Source: Planctomycetota bacterium (GTDB lineage: Bacteria; Planctomycetota; UBA1135; UBA2386). From it: a stretch of DNA of 64,000 nt. Below the pieces are notes generated by a model that ran no database searches, was not told the DNA's origin, and saw only the letters and a program-made list of their open reading frames with translations. The stretch is taken from NCBI GenBank assembly GCA_965223545.1, contig OZ245006.1:1344001-1408000 (forward strand), in the 5' to 3' direction. The translations under genes were made by a program, and so were the position numbers. Shown in pieces: positions 31,329 through 40,533 of this stretch (the first letter of the stretch is position 1; each line of letters begins with the position of its first letter).

Positions 31329-31389
31329 AGCGGCGACTTTGCCAGGTTTTTGGCGGCGAATCGCCGCCAAACCCAGTTGCATCTACGTC

Positions 31390-32751
31390 ATGCGTTCTCC
31401 CGTTCTCGTCGCCAATGGCCAGGGCTTTTGGGGAGACTCGATCCTCGGCCCGATTCGCCTGGTCCGCGAGGGTCCGCTCCACTACCTGGCGCTCGACTAC
31501 CTCGCCGAGGTCACGATGAGCATCATGCAGAAGCTGCGGCAGCGGAACCCGGACGCCGGCTACGCCACCGACTTCATCGCGATGCTGGATCGGCTACTGC
31601 CCGAGCTGCACGGCAAGGGCATCAAAGTGATCGCCAACGCCGGCGGCGTCAACCCACGCGGCTGCATGCGCGCGGTGCTCGAGCTCGCGCATCGCAAGGG
31701 GATCAAGGGGCTCAAGGTCGGCGTCATCGAGGGTGACGACATCCTCGAGCGCATCCCCTCGCTGCTGGATGCCGGCGAGCCGTTGACCAACATGGACACC
31801 GGCGCGCCGCTGAGCGAGATCGCCGAGCGGCTGCGCAGCGCCAATGTCTACATCGGTGCGCAGCCGGTCGCCGACTGTCTCGCCGCGGGTGCCGACATCG
31901 TGATCGGCGGCCGGATCACCGACCCCGCCCTGGTCGCGGGCCCGCTGATGTACGAGTTCGGCTGGAGTCCGACCGACTACGACAAGCTCGCCGCGGCCAC
32001 GGTTGCCGGCCACATCGTCGAGTGCGGGCCCCAATGCACTGGCGGAAACTTCACCGGTTGGCGCGAAGTCGAGGACCTGGCACGCGTCGGCTATCCGGTC
32101 ATCGAAGCGCACCCCGATGGCACGTTCTACGTCACCAAACACGCCGGTACCGGCGGCCTGGTCGACCGGCGCACCGTCACCGCTCAGCTGCTGTACGAGA
32201 TGGGCGATCCGGCGCGCTACCTGACACCCGACTGCACGGCCGCGTTCACCTCGATTCGGCTGGCGCAGGACGGCACCGATCGGGTCAAGGTCGACGGCAT
32301 CGAGGGCGGCCCCCCCACCGACACCTACAAGGTGTCGATCAGCTACTTCAACGGCTACAAGACGCTCGGTCAGCTGACGGTGTCCGGGCCGGACGCGATC
32401 GACAAGGCGCGGCTGTGCGAGCGCATCGTCTTCGACCGGCTGGCGCTCGACGGCGTCGAGTTCCGGCCGGAGCAGAAGACCTTCGAGATGGTCGGCGCGG
32501 GGGTCTGCCTCGACGGCATTCTCACCACCGCCGACCCGCCGGAGGTCGTACTGCGCATCGGCGTCCGCGACGACGATCGCGACAAGGTCAACCGGTTCGG
32601 CATGGAGATCGTGCCACTGGTGACCTCGGGACCGCCCGGGGTGACCGGTTTCGCCGGCGGCCGGCCGAAGGCGACCGAGATCATCGGCTACTGGCCAGCC
32701 CTGCTCGGCAAGGACAAGGTGACGCCGCAGATCGCGGTCGAGGAAGTCTGA
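31390..32751 (+). CDS. Acyclic terpene utilization AtuA family protein
   Basis: GFWGD, DYLAEVTMSI, NAGGVNP, GRITD, GHIVECG.QCTGG, QLLYE. Confidence 0.92.
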   Translation: MRSPVLVANGQGFWGDSILGPIRLVREGPLHYLALDYLAEVTMSIMQKLRQRNPDAGYATDFIAMLDRLLPELHGKGIKVIANAGGVNPRGCMRAVLELAHRKGIKGLKVGVIEGDDILERIPSLLDAGEPLTNMDTGAPLSEIAERLRSANVYIGAQPVADCLAAGADIVIGGRITDPALVAGPLMYEFGWSPTDYDKLAAATVAGHIVECGPQCTGGNFTGWREVEDLARVGYPVIEAHPDGTFYVTKHAGTGGLVDRRTVTAQLLYEMGDPARYLTPDCTAAFTSIRLAQDGTDRVKVDGIEGGPPTDTYKVSISYFNGYKTLGQLTVSGPDAIDKARLCERIVFDRLALDGVEFRPEQKTFEMVGAGVCLDGILTTADPPEVVLRIGVRDDDRDKVNRFGMEIVPLVTSGPPGVTGFAGGRPKATEIIGYWPALLGKDKVTPQIAVEEV

Positions 32752-32764
32752 ACGGAGGAACGGT

Positions 32765-33079
32765 ATGACCCGCGTCAAGCTCAGCGACATCGCGCACGCG
32801 CGCTCTGGCGACAAGGGCGACGGCAGCAACATCGGCATCTTCGTCGACGATCCAGCGCACTACCCGGTGCTCGTCGAGCAGCTCACCGCCGAACGCGTCA
32901 AGCAGCACTTCGCCGCGATCTGCCACGGCGACGTCGAACGCTTCGAGGCGGAGAATTTGGCGGCGCTCAACTTCATCCTGCACGACAGCCTCGGCGGCGG
33001 CGGCAGCGAGAGCCAGCGCACCGACGCGCAGGGCAAGGCGCACTGCCTGGGACTGCTGCAGATGGAGATCGAGCTCTGA
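32765..33079 (+). CDS. AtuA-related small protein
   Basis: [26 protein letters not shown]. Confidence 0.9.
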   Translation: MTRVKLSDIAHARSGDKGDGSNIGIFVDDPAHYPVLVEQLTAERVKQHFAAICHGDVERFEAENLAALNFILHDSLGGGGSESQRTDAQGKAHCLGLLQMEIEL

Positions 33080-33984
33080 GCGCGATCCTCGACGGCGTCC
33101 TACAGCGCGCGCGCGCGGCGCGGCGGCGCGTCGCTCTACCCGAAGTCAAAGACCCCCGCGTGCAACAGGCGCGGGACCGCCTGCAGGCCGAAGGGATCGC
33201 CGACGTGGTCTGGGTCGAGGCGCCGGCGGAGCACCCACTCGCCGGCGCCGCGGCCGCGCATCTGTTCGAGCGGCGGCGACACAAGGGACTGAGCGAGGCC
33301 GAGGCCCGCGCCCTGGTCCGCGACCCGCTCTACTTCGCCGCCTGCCTCGTCGCTCTCGGCGAAGCCGACGCGAGCGTCGCCGGTAGCCTCGCGTCGACCC
33401 CGGATGTGATCCGCGCCGGCCTGCACTGCGTCGGCCTGGCGCCCGGCATCGACACCGTGTCGTCGATGTTCCTCATGCTGCGCGGCGACGAGGCACTCAG
33501 CTACGCCGATTGTGGAGTGCTGCCGGCGCCCGACGCGCGCCAGCTCGCGGACCTCGCCTGGCTCACAGCGGCACACCACCGCCGCTTCACCGGCGCCGAG
33601 CCGCGCGTCGCGTTCCTCTCGTTCTCGACCAAGGGGAGCGCGGAACACGAACGGGTGGATACCGTGCGCGACGCTGCGGCGCGGTTTCGCACCGCTCATC
33701 CCGACGTCATCGCCGATGGCGAGTTGCAGTTCGACGCGGCGTACGTGCCCGGCGTCGCCGCGCGCAAAGCGCCGGACAGCCCGCTCCAGGGCAGCGCCAA
33801 CACCCTGGTGTTTCCCAACCTCGACGCCGGCAATCTGGCCTACAAGATCACCGAGCGACTGGCCGGCTTCTCCGCGTTCGGGCCGCTGATCCAGGGCTTG
33901 GCCAAGCCCTGCTTGGATCTGTCGCGCGGCTGCTCGGCCGACGACATCGTGCACGTCGCGGCCCTGGCCGCGCTCATGTGCTGA
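33076..33984 (+). CDS. pta: Phosphate acetyl/acyltransferase, probable CTG start
   Basis: [51 protein letters not shown]. Confidence 0.9.
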   Translation: MSAILDGVLQRARAARRRVALPEVKDPRVQQARDRLQAEGIADVVWVEAPAEHPLAGAAAAHLFERRRHKGLSEAEARALVRDPLYFAACLVALGEADASVAGSLASTPDVIRAGLHCVGLAPGIDTVSSMFLMLRGDEALSYADCGVLPAPDARQLADLAWLTAAHHRRFTGAEPRVAFLSFSTKGSAEHERVDTVRDAAARFRTAHPDVIADGELQFDAAYVPGVAARKAPDSPLQGSANTLVFPNLDAGNLAYKITERLAGFSAFGPLIQGLAKPCLDLSRGCSADDIVHVAALAALMC

Positions 33985-34720
33985 ACCGATAGACCAAGCC
34001 ACCCAACCACTCGTGCAGCGCCCATGCGCTGTCGCGCAGCGCGACCCAAGAGGGCAGCCAACCGGTGCGCCAGGACGCGGGCAGGGGCCGAAAGGCGGTC
34101 GGCGCCGGCACAACCTGCAGACCGGCGCGTTCGAAGCTGCGCTGAGCGCGCGGCATGTGCCAGGCGTGCGTCACCAAGAACACGCGGCGCACGCCGGCGT
34201 CGGTCAGCATCTCGGCGCTGAACGTGGCGTTCTCCGCGGTGTTGGTCGAGCGCGCCTCCTCCCAGCGCACCGTCGCGCCAAACTCGCCCTCGAGGACCCC
34301 GCGCATCAGGGCGGCATGCGGAACGGTCGCGCCGGCGGCCGCACCACCGCTGACCAACACGGGTGCGCGCGTGGCGCGCTGCAGGGCGGCGGCGTAGCGC
34401 ACTCGCTGCAGGGCCAAGCCGCCCAGCGTCGGTCCGCCGCCGAAGTCCGGCGCGAGCCGGACGGTGTCGGCGCTGAGCACGACGATGGCTTCGGCACGGC
34501 CCGTTGCGGAAGCGAGGTCGAGTGCCGCGGTCCGCTGCAGCGGGGCCAACAACAGCGCCGCGCACCACGGCGTCGCCAGCAACCACAGCGCCACCACCGC
34601 TGACACCACCAAGAACCGGCCGGCGCGCGGCGCGCGACGCCACAGCAGGAGACCGGCGAGCAGCAGCACCAAGTTGCCGCCCGGCGGCAGGACCAGCGCC
34701 TTCAGCAGCCCGCGCATCAA
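33974..34720 (-). CDS. YdcF/DUF218 (ElyC-like) protein
   Basis: [34 protein letters not shown]. Confidence 0.9.
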   Translation of the reverse strand: MMRGLLKALVLPPGGNLVLLLAGLLLWRRAPRAGRFLVVSAVVALWLLATPWCAALLLAPLQRTAALDLASATGRAEAIVVLSADTVRLAPDFGGGPTLGGLALQRVRYAAALQRATRAPVLVSGGAAAGATVPHAALMRGVLEGEFGATVRWEEARSTNTAENATFSAEMLTDAGVRRVFLVTHAWHMPRAQRSFERAGLQVVPAPTAFRPLPASWRTGWLPSWVALRDSAWALHEWLGGLVYRFST

Positions 34721-34724
34721 AGCG

Positions 34725-35765
34725 TCAGCGCAGGTGGTCGGCGGGCATCACGCCCTTCTTCGCTTTGCCGAAGCCGAACGGGGTCGGCGCGTACTCGACG
34801 CCCAGCGAGACGTCGCTGCGCTCGGGAATGCGTTCCTCGAGCCCGACCGCCCAGTAGCACGCATTCACCAACAAGCGCCGCAGCCCCTCGCTTTCGAAGT
34901 CGGTGGCGGCCCCCATCGTCGTGCAGAACACGCGGTTGCGGGTGCCATCGGCGTGCTCGTAGTCACGCACCCAAGCCAGCGGCATCATCGGCGCGTTCTT
35001 CGCCCCGTCCACCGGCGGATCGTCGGGCTGCATGCCGGCGACCACCTCGCCGCGGAGCAACACGGTGACATCTTCGGGCGGCCGCGCCGTGTAGACGTCG
35101 GTCGGGCCGAAAACGCCCTCGACGCCGCGCAGGATGGGGTGATCGGCGTTGGCCTCCTCGACGATGCCGCGCGTCGCCTCGCGGCCGTGGTGGCCGTGGT
35201 GCGCGACCCAGGTCTCGCCCAAGACCTGCCGGCCGAAACCGCCGGGCCACTCCTTGCTGCGAAAGTCGTAGTGCGCGAACTCGCTGTCGGGGTCGCGCGA
35301 GTAGTGGAACGCGTGGGTCGCGGTGCGCAGCCCGAGGATCGGCTTGCCCGCCGCCAGGAACTCGTCGAAGTGGCGCATCTCGGCGTCGGGCAGCTCGCGG
35401 AAGCGAAAGAACACCACCGCGGCGTCGGCGTCGCGCAGCACCGACAGGCCGGTGACGTTGGTCTGGTTGTCGGGGTCGATCGCGCCGCTCTCCGGGTCGG
35501 TGGCGAACAGCACCGTGCAGCGAAACCCATGTCGCTCCGCCAACAAGCGGGCCAGCATCGGGCACGCCTCCTCGGATCGGTACTCCTCGTCGCCGCTGAG
35601 GAAGACGATGTGCCTGCCTGCGCCGGGGCCACCCTCGCCCTCGAAGGTGATCGACGCCGCAGGAGCGTCGGCCGGAGCTCGTGCCGGCGGCTCGGACTCG
35701 TCCTGTCCGCGCGCGGTAGCGATGGTCGTGACAGCGACGGCGAGGAAGAGAAGGAGGTGGCGCAT
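34725..35765 (-). CDS. Secreted ThuA-like domain protein
   Basis: Signal peptide; GDEEYRSEE, GLRTATHAF, RVFCTTMG, LLVNACYWA. Confidence 0.8.
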   Translation of the reverse strand: MRHLLLFLAVAVTTIATARGQDESEPPARAPADAPAASITFEGEGGPGAGRHIVFLSGDEEYRSEEACPMLARLLAERHGFRCTVLFATDPESGAIDPDNQTNVTGLSVLRDADAAVVFFRFRELPDAEMRHFDEFLAAGKPILGLRTATHAFHYSRDPDSEFAHYDFRSKEWPGGFGRQVLGETWVAHHGHHGREATRGIVEEANADHPILRGVEGVFGPTDVYTARPPEDVTVLLRGEVVAGMQPDDPPVDGAKNAPMMPLAWVRDYEHADGTRNRVFCTTMGAATDFESEGLRRLLVNACYWAVGLEERIPERSDVSLGVEYAPTPFGFGKAKKGVMPADHLR

Positions 35766-35787
35766 GGCCGAGAGCCTACGCCGGTAC

Positions 35788-36224
35788 GCCTCCGGTGCCA
35801 CGAATCGTCGTTGGCCGTGCTGAGCCTCGGGGGCCGAGAATGTTCGAGCGGCAACAACCTTTCGGAAGGCCCGTCGTCGCCGGGACTTCGACAACGCAGC
35901 TCCCGGAGGCTCGAAGACAACACTGGCCTCTGGGATCAGCGCGGCCGCCGGCGACCGCGGGACCCGCGACCGACGCTCGGGTCGCGGAATGCTCCGTGTT
36001 TGTTTGCGGCCTCGGCCGCGCTGAGCCTCCGGCGCCACGAATCGTCGAGCTTCGACAGCATTCTCGAGGCAACGCCGCTGCCATGGCGACAACGCCGCCG
36101 CGCCGGAGGCTCGGAGAGACAGTGCCTCCTGGCTCAGCGCGGCGGCGGATGGCTCGGACCTTCCAAGCCGCTCCGGCAAAAGCGGCATCCGAGTTTGGTT
36201 GCGGCCGTGGCCGCGCTGAGCTCC
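35788..36224. repeat. Degenerate ~200-bp tandem repeat with internal inverted repeats
   Basis: GGCCG(T/C)GCTGAGC at 35813, 36014, 36209; CCGGAGGCTCG at 35903 and 36103; 22/23-nt duplicate at 35788 and 36025. Confidence 0.75.
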
Positions 36225-36242
36225 AGACCAACGCGGGGACGA

Positions 36243-36809
36243 TCAGCCGGCGGCCTCGGCGCTCGCGTAGAGGTCGTCGGGCTCCTCGATCGGCACCCAC
36301 GGGATGGTCTCGAGCTCGACCTTCCAGTGCCAACCCTCGGGCCGGCGGTGGGCGCCGGCCAGCGGCACCTCCACCTCGTCGGTGTACATCATCCACGGGC
36401 CGAGCGGCAGGCCCCAAGGATGCTGCATCCGCAGCCGCCCCGCGCTGACCGGGTTGCCCTCGGCGTCGAGGACCGCCAGCACGACTTTGACCCGATCGAT
36501 GGGCTCACCGGTCGTGTTGCGGAACATCACGCGCGCGCGCACCGACTCCCAGCCGGGCCCCCCCTCCAGCGCCCAGCGCCGGACGGTCAGCTCACCGCGA
36601 TCGCCGAAGTCGAACACGATCGGATCGTCGTGGTCCCAGCGCAGCTCGGCCTTGAGCTGCTTCAGCTGGTCCCACTCGTGTTGCCGCTGCTCGCCGAATC
36701 GCATCAGCTCCGCCCGCGACTCGGGGCCGTCCGCCCAGCCATGGGACTGGCACGCGCCGGCGAGTCCGACCAGGGTGAGGAGAGCGATCCGCGCAGAAGT
36801 CAGGGTCAT
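36243..36809 (-). CDS. Hypothetical lipoprotein (FxLYD-like Ig domain)
   Basis: LAGAC lipobox; RNTTGEPIDRVKVVLAVLDAEG pattern. Confidence 0.7.
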   Translation of the reverse strand: MTLTSARIALLTLVGLAGACQSHGWADGPESRAELMRFGEQRQHEWDQLKQLKAELRWDHDDPIVFDFGDRGELTVRRWALEGGPGWESVRARVMFRNTTGEPIDRVKVVLAVLDAEGNPVSAGRLRMQHPWGLPLGPWMMYTDEVEVPLAGAHRRPEGWHWKVELETIPWVPIEEPDDLYASAEAAG

Positions 36810-37078
36810 CGGTTCGAGGTTCCTACGAGAAGCTGCATTGTGCGTTGCACGAAGCCGCGCGCCGAGGAGAACTGCAAGAAGCGGGCCAAACGCCCTACCC
36901 TTGCCAACGACGGATCGGCGGCGGCCAAGACCCCGCCCGACGGCCCCGGAGTGTCCTCGCCAAAGGACGCCGGGGTCGCCCCCTGGCGACGCCCCGGCGT
37001 GGTACTCTTGGCAGTGCGGGCGCGATCCGTCCGGAGGGTCTCGCTCGGCAGAATTCGACACACCGAAACCCGCGACCA

Positions 37079-39748
37079 ATGCCCCGCCTCCTCCTGCTCA
37101 CCGCCGCGGTGCTCGCCGGCGCAGCACTGTCCGTGCACGACGCCCTTTTGCGACCGCTGTCGAGCGCGCCCGGCAACGACAGCGCCGACCATGCGACGGC
37201 GCGCTTTGCCGCCTTCGACCGCCTGGTCGACGAGAGGCCGACCGAGCCCGCCGGCTTCATCGCCAACCGCGGGCAATGGGATCACCCCGCGGCGTTCGTC
37301 ACCCACCACGGAGCGGTGACCGGATTCGTCGAAGCCGGTGGATGGGTGCTCGACTTGGCGGTCTCGCCCGCACGCGAAGCGAAGCGCCGAGTGGCCCTGC
37401 GGATCCAGTTCGAGGATGCCGCGCCCGCCCAGTGGCGCGGCCACCGTGCACTGCCCGGCAAGCTGCACTACTTCGTCGGCGATCCCGAGCGGTGGCGCAC
37501 CGACGTTCGGCGCTACGCCGCGGTCCGCGCCGAGGGTCTCTACCCGGGCGTCGCCGCACAGCTGCGCTCCGACGACGGTCACCTCGCGTACGACCTGCTG
37601 CTCGCTCCGCGCGCCGCGCTCGACTCCATCGTCCTGCGCGTCGACGGCGCCGATCGCATCACGCTGGACCCCGACGGCGCCCTGCTGGTGCACACCCCGC
37701 TCGGTGTGCTCCGCCAGCAGCCGCCGACCACTTGGCAGATCGACGACGCGGGCGCGCACCACGCCCTGCCGTCGATGTTCGTGCAGCGCGGACCGCGGCG
37801 CTTCGGCTTCCAAGTGCCCGACCGCGACGCCGACGCTGCGCTGTTGATCGACCCCGGCTTGCAGTGGTCGACGGTGCTCCCGGGCGCACCGATCACCAGC
37901 GCGGCGTCGAGCGAGATCCTCGCTGTGGACGTCGCCCCCAACGGCGTCACCACCGTCTGCGGCGGCACCCGGGAGACGGCCTACCCGACCACGCTGGGCG
38001 TCTACAGCACGACGCACTTGGGCCAATCGGACGCCTTCGTCAGCCAGCTCGACCCCCGCCAAACGGGCGCCGCGCAGCTGATCTTCTCGACCTTCGTCGG
38101 CGGCAACCTCGGTGAGCGCGCGCTCAACGTGGTGGTCGGATCCGACGGTGCGATCACCATCGCCGGACAGACCGCCTCGACCGAGTTCCCGACCACGATC
38201 GGCGCCTACGACCGCACCCACAACGGCAACGGCGACATGTTCGTGACCCAGCTCGATCCGGCGCAGACCGGTCGCGCCCAGCTGCGCTACTCCACGCTGG
38301 TGGGCGGCCTGCTCGGCGAGTTCAACACCGCGCTTTGGGTCGACGACAACGGCGTCATCACCGCGACCGGAGACACCTCGTCGCCGAACTTCCCGATCAC
38401 GCCCGGCGCCTACGACCCGATCTTCAAGGGGGGGCCGGTCGGCGCCGGCTTCGACGTCTGCGTGATTCGCCTCGACCCCGCCCTGCCCACCGCGCAGCAG
38501 CTGACCTACTCGACGTTCTTGGGCAGCGGCTTCACCGATTCTTCCGACGCGCTCTTCGTCGATCAGAACGGCATCATCACCTGCGCCGGCGAGACGCACT
38601 CGCCGGAGTTTCCGAAGACCGCCGACGCGTTCGACGCGACCTTCAACGGCAAGATCGACGCGTGGATCTCGGTGCTGGATCCGACGCGCGTCGGCAAAGC
38701 GCAGCTGCTGTACGGCACGCTGCTCGGAGGCGCGAAGGAGGACATGATCAACGCGCTCTGGGTCGACGCCAACGGCGTGATCACCGTCGGCGGTGACACG
38801 CTGTCGTCCGACTTCCCGGTCACCGCCAACGCGTTCGACGCGACCATCGGCCTGGATTCGTTCGACTTCTTCTTCACCACCATCGACCGGCGCCAGCCAC
38901 CGGCGAACCAGCTGCTGTACTCGACGTTCATGGGCGGCATCGGCAACGAGAACCTCGCCGAGATGGTGGTCGACGAGAGCGGCGCGATCGCGTTTGCCGG
39001 CGAATCCGTCTCGATCGACTTCCCGACGACCGCCGGCGCCTGGGACCCGACCTACAACCATCCCAGCAACAACGGCCCGCCCGACGTGATCTTCGGCCGC
39101 CTGCGGCCGTCGCGCACCGGAGCTGCCCAGCTCGAGTACGCCAGCTACTTCGGCGGCACCGGGCCGCGCGGCCCCGAGGGCCCGGGCTGGGAGCTCGTGC
39201 ACGACGCGGACACCGACGCACTGGGCCAGCTGACCGCGGCCGGTGCGACCTACTCCGACGACTTCCCCACCACCGCCGGCGCGTTTGCCAACCGGGGCAC
39301 GGGCGGTTTCCGCGACGGCTTCGCCGCGCGGATGGATCTGTTGCCCCGCGGTGCCAGCTTCGTCGGCAACGCTTCGGCCGGCTGCGCCGGCGATCCGCGC
39401 ATCAGCGTCGTCGGCCCACTCACACCCGGCAGCCAGGCGCTGCTGACCTCGACCAACGGGCCGCCCACCGCACCGGGCGTGCTGCTGCTCGGCGCGGCCG
39501 CCACCGCGGTGCCGATCCCGCTGCTCGGCGTCGAGGTCTGGGTCGACCTGCTGGCGCCCAACGCCACCGTTCCCTCGGCCAGTGACGGAGTGACCTTCGC
39601 CGAGGTCGCGCTCGGCATCCCACCCCAACCGCAGCTGGTCGGCAACAGTGTGTTCGCCCAGTTCTTGTGGCTCGGGCCGAGCGCACCGGCGCCGTGTCCG
39701 GCCACGGGCCTGTCGGCGACCCCCGCGCTGCAGCTCACCGTACAATGA
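37079..39748 (+). CDS. Secreted SBBP (beta-propeller) repeat protein with shared C-terminal domain
   Basis: FIANRGQ N-domain; repeated G.T.S..FP.T.GA(Y/F)D and L.YST.(L/V)GG units. Confidence 0.88.
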   Translation: MPRLLLLTAAVLAGAALSVHDALLRPLSSAPGNDSADHATARFAAFDRLVDERPTEPAGFIANRGQWDHPAAFVTHHGAVTGFVEAGGWVLDLAVSPAREAKRRVALRIQFEDAAPAQWRGHRALPGKLHYFVGDPERWRTDVRRYAAVRAEGLYPGVAAQLRSDDGHLAYDLLLAPRAALDSIVLRVDGADRITLDPDGALLVHTPLGVLRQQPPTTWQIDDAGAHHALPSMFVQRGPRRFGFQVPDRDADAALLIDPGLQWSTVLPGAPITSAASSEILAVDVAPNGVTTVCGGTRETAYPTTLGVYSTTHLGQSDAFVSQLDPRQTGAAQLIFSTFVGGNLGERALNVVVGSDGAITIAGQTASTEFPTTIGAYDRTHNGNGDMFVTQLDPAQTGRAQLRYSTLVGGLLGEFNTALWVDDNGVITATGDTSSPNFPITPGAYDPIFKGGPVGAGFDVCVIRLDPALPTAQQLTYSTFLGSGFTDSSDALFVDQNGIITCAGETHSPEFPKTADAFDATFNGKIDAWISVLDPTRVGKAQLLYGTLLGGAKEDMINALWVDANGVITVGGDTLSSDFPVTANAFDATIGLDSFDFFFTTIDRRQPPANQLLYSTFMGGIGNENLAEMVVDESGAIAFAGESVSIDFPTTAGAWDPTYNHPSNNGPPDVIFGRLRPSRTGAAQLEYASYFGGTGPRGPEGPGWELVHDADTDALGQLTAAGATYSDDFPTTAGAFANRGTGGFRDGFAARMDLLPRGASFVGNASAGCAGDPRISVVGPLTPGSQALLTSTNGPPTAPGVLLLGAAATAVPIPLLGVEVWVDLLAPNATVPSASDGVTFAEVALGIPPQPQLVGNSVFAQFLWLGPSAPAPCPATGLSATPALQLTVQ

Positions 39749-39785
39749 CCGCCGGTGTGCGGCGCGCAAGCCACACGGACGCCAC

Positions 39786-40475
39786 TCAGAACTCGCGCGA
39801 GTAGGTCAGCAGCAGCTGCACACCGTCCACGGTGCGCTCGCCGACGCCGGCGTCGAAGTCGAGGTCGGCGGTCATCGCGCGCGCGCTGAGGCCGAGCATC
39901 GATTGGCGCGACACCTCCCACTCGATCCCCACCCGCGCCGCCGCCCCGAGCGCGAACTCGGTGTCGTCGCGCTGCACGTCGAGATCCTCCACGCGCAGCC
40001 GCGCGGCGACCAAGTCGGGCCCGGCGCCGGCGTAGACGCGCAGCCGCGGCAGCGGGTTGATGCTGCCGTACAGACCGAAGAACACCTCGAACATCGCGAA
40101 CGAGAGCTCCGCGCGCACCGTCGCCGGCCCACCCGGCGCGCGCACCTCGCTGGCATCGCGCCGGTGGCTCCACAAGAAGCCGGCGTCGAAGCCCCAGTGC
40201 GCGCTCTCGGTGCGGCCGAAAGGCCGGTGGCCGGCGATGCCCAGCGTCAGCTGGGTCGAGGCGTCGGCGGTGACCTGCTCGCCGGTGCTGGAGGTGCGCT
40301 CCGCGCGCAAGTCTCCGCCGAAGATGCCGACGCCGCCGAGCGCTTGCACCACGGTACCGGGCGCCACGGTGGGCAGCAGCTGCGGGCGCGACGCGGTGCA
40401 CCCCGATGGCAGCGTCGCCACCGCGCCAGCCGCGGCGCTGAGAATCGCTCGGACTACGGGTCGCCAAGTCGACAT
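39786..40475 (-). CDS. Outer-membrane beta-barrel protein
   Basis: Amphipathic strands, YAGAG, terminal YSREF. Confidence 0.7.
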   Translation of the reverse strand: MSTWRPVVRAILSAAAGAVATLPSGCTASRPQLLPTVAPGTVVQALGGVGIFGGDLRAERTSSTGEQVTADASTQLTLGIAGHRPFGRTESAHWGFDAGFLWSHRRDASEVRAPGGPATVRAELSFAMFEVFFGLYGSINPLPRLRVYAGAGPDLVAARLRVEDLDVQRDDTEFALGAAARVGIEWEVSRQSMLGLSARAMTADLDFDAGVGERTVDGVQLLLTYSREF

Positions 40476-40533
40476 GCTCGACCAATGATGACGCCAACGC
40501 ACGCCGGGCGGTATCCTCGGGCGCGCACTGCCC

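Noticed and set aside
35788..36224. CRISPR array
   Set aside because: Repeats are degenerate with ~200-bp period, and there are no cas genes in the window
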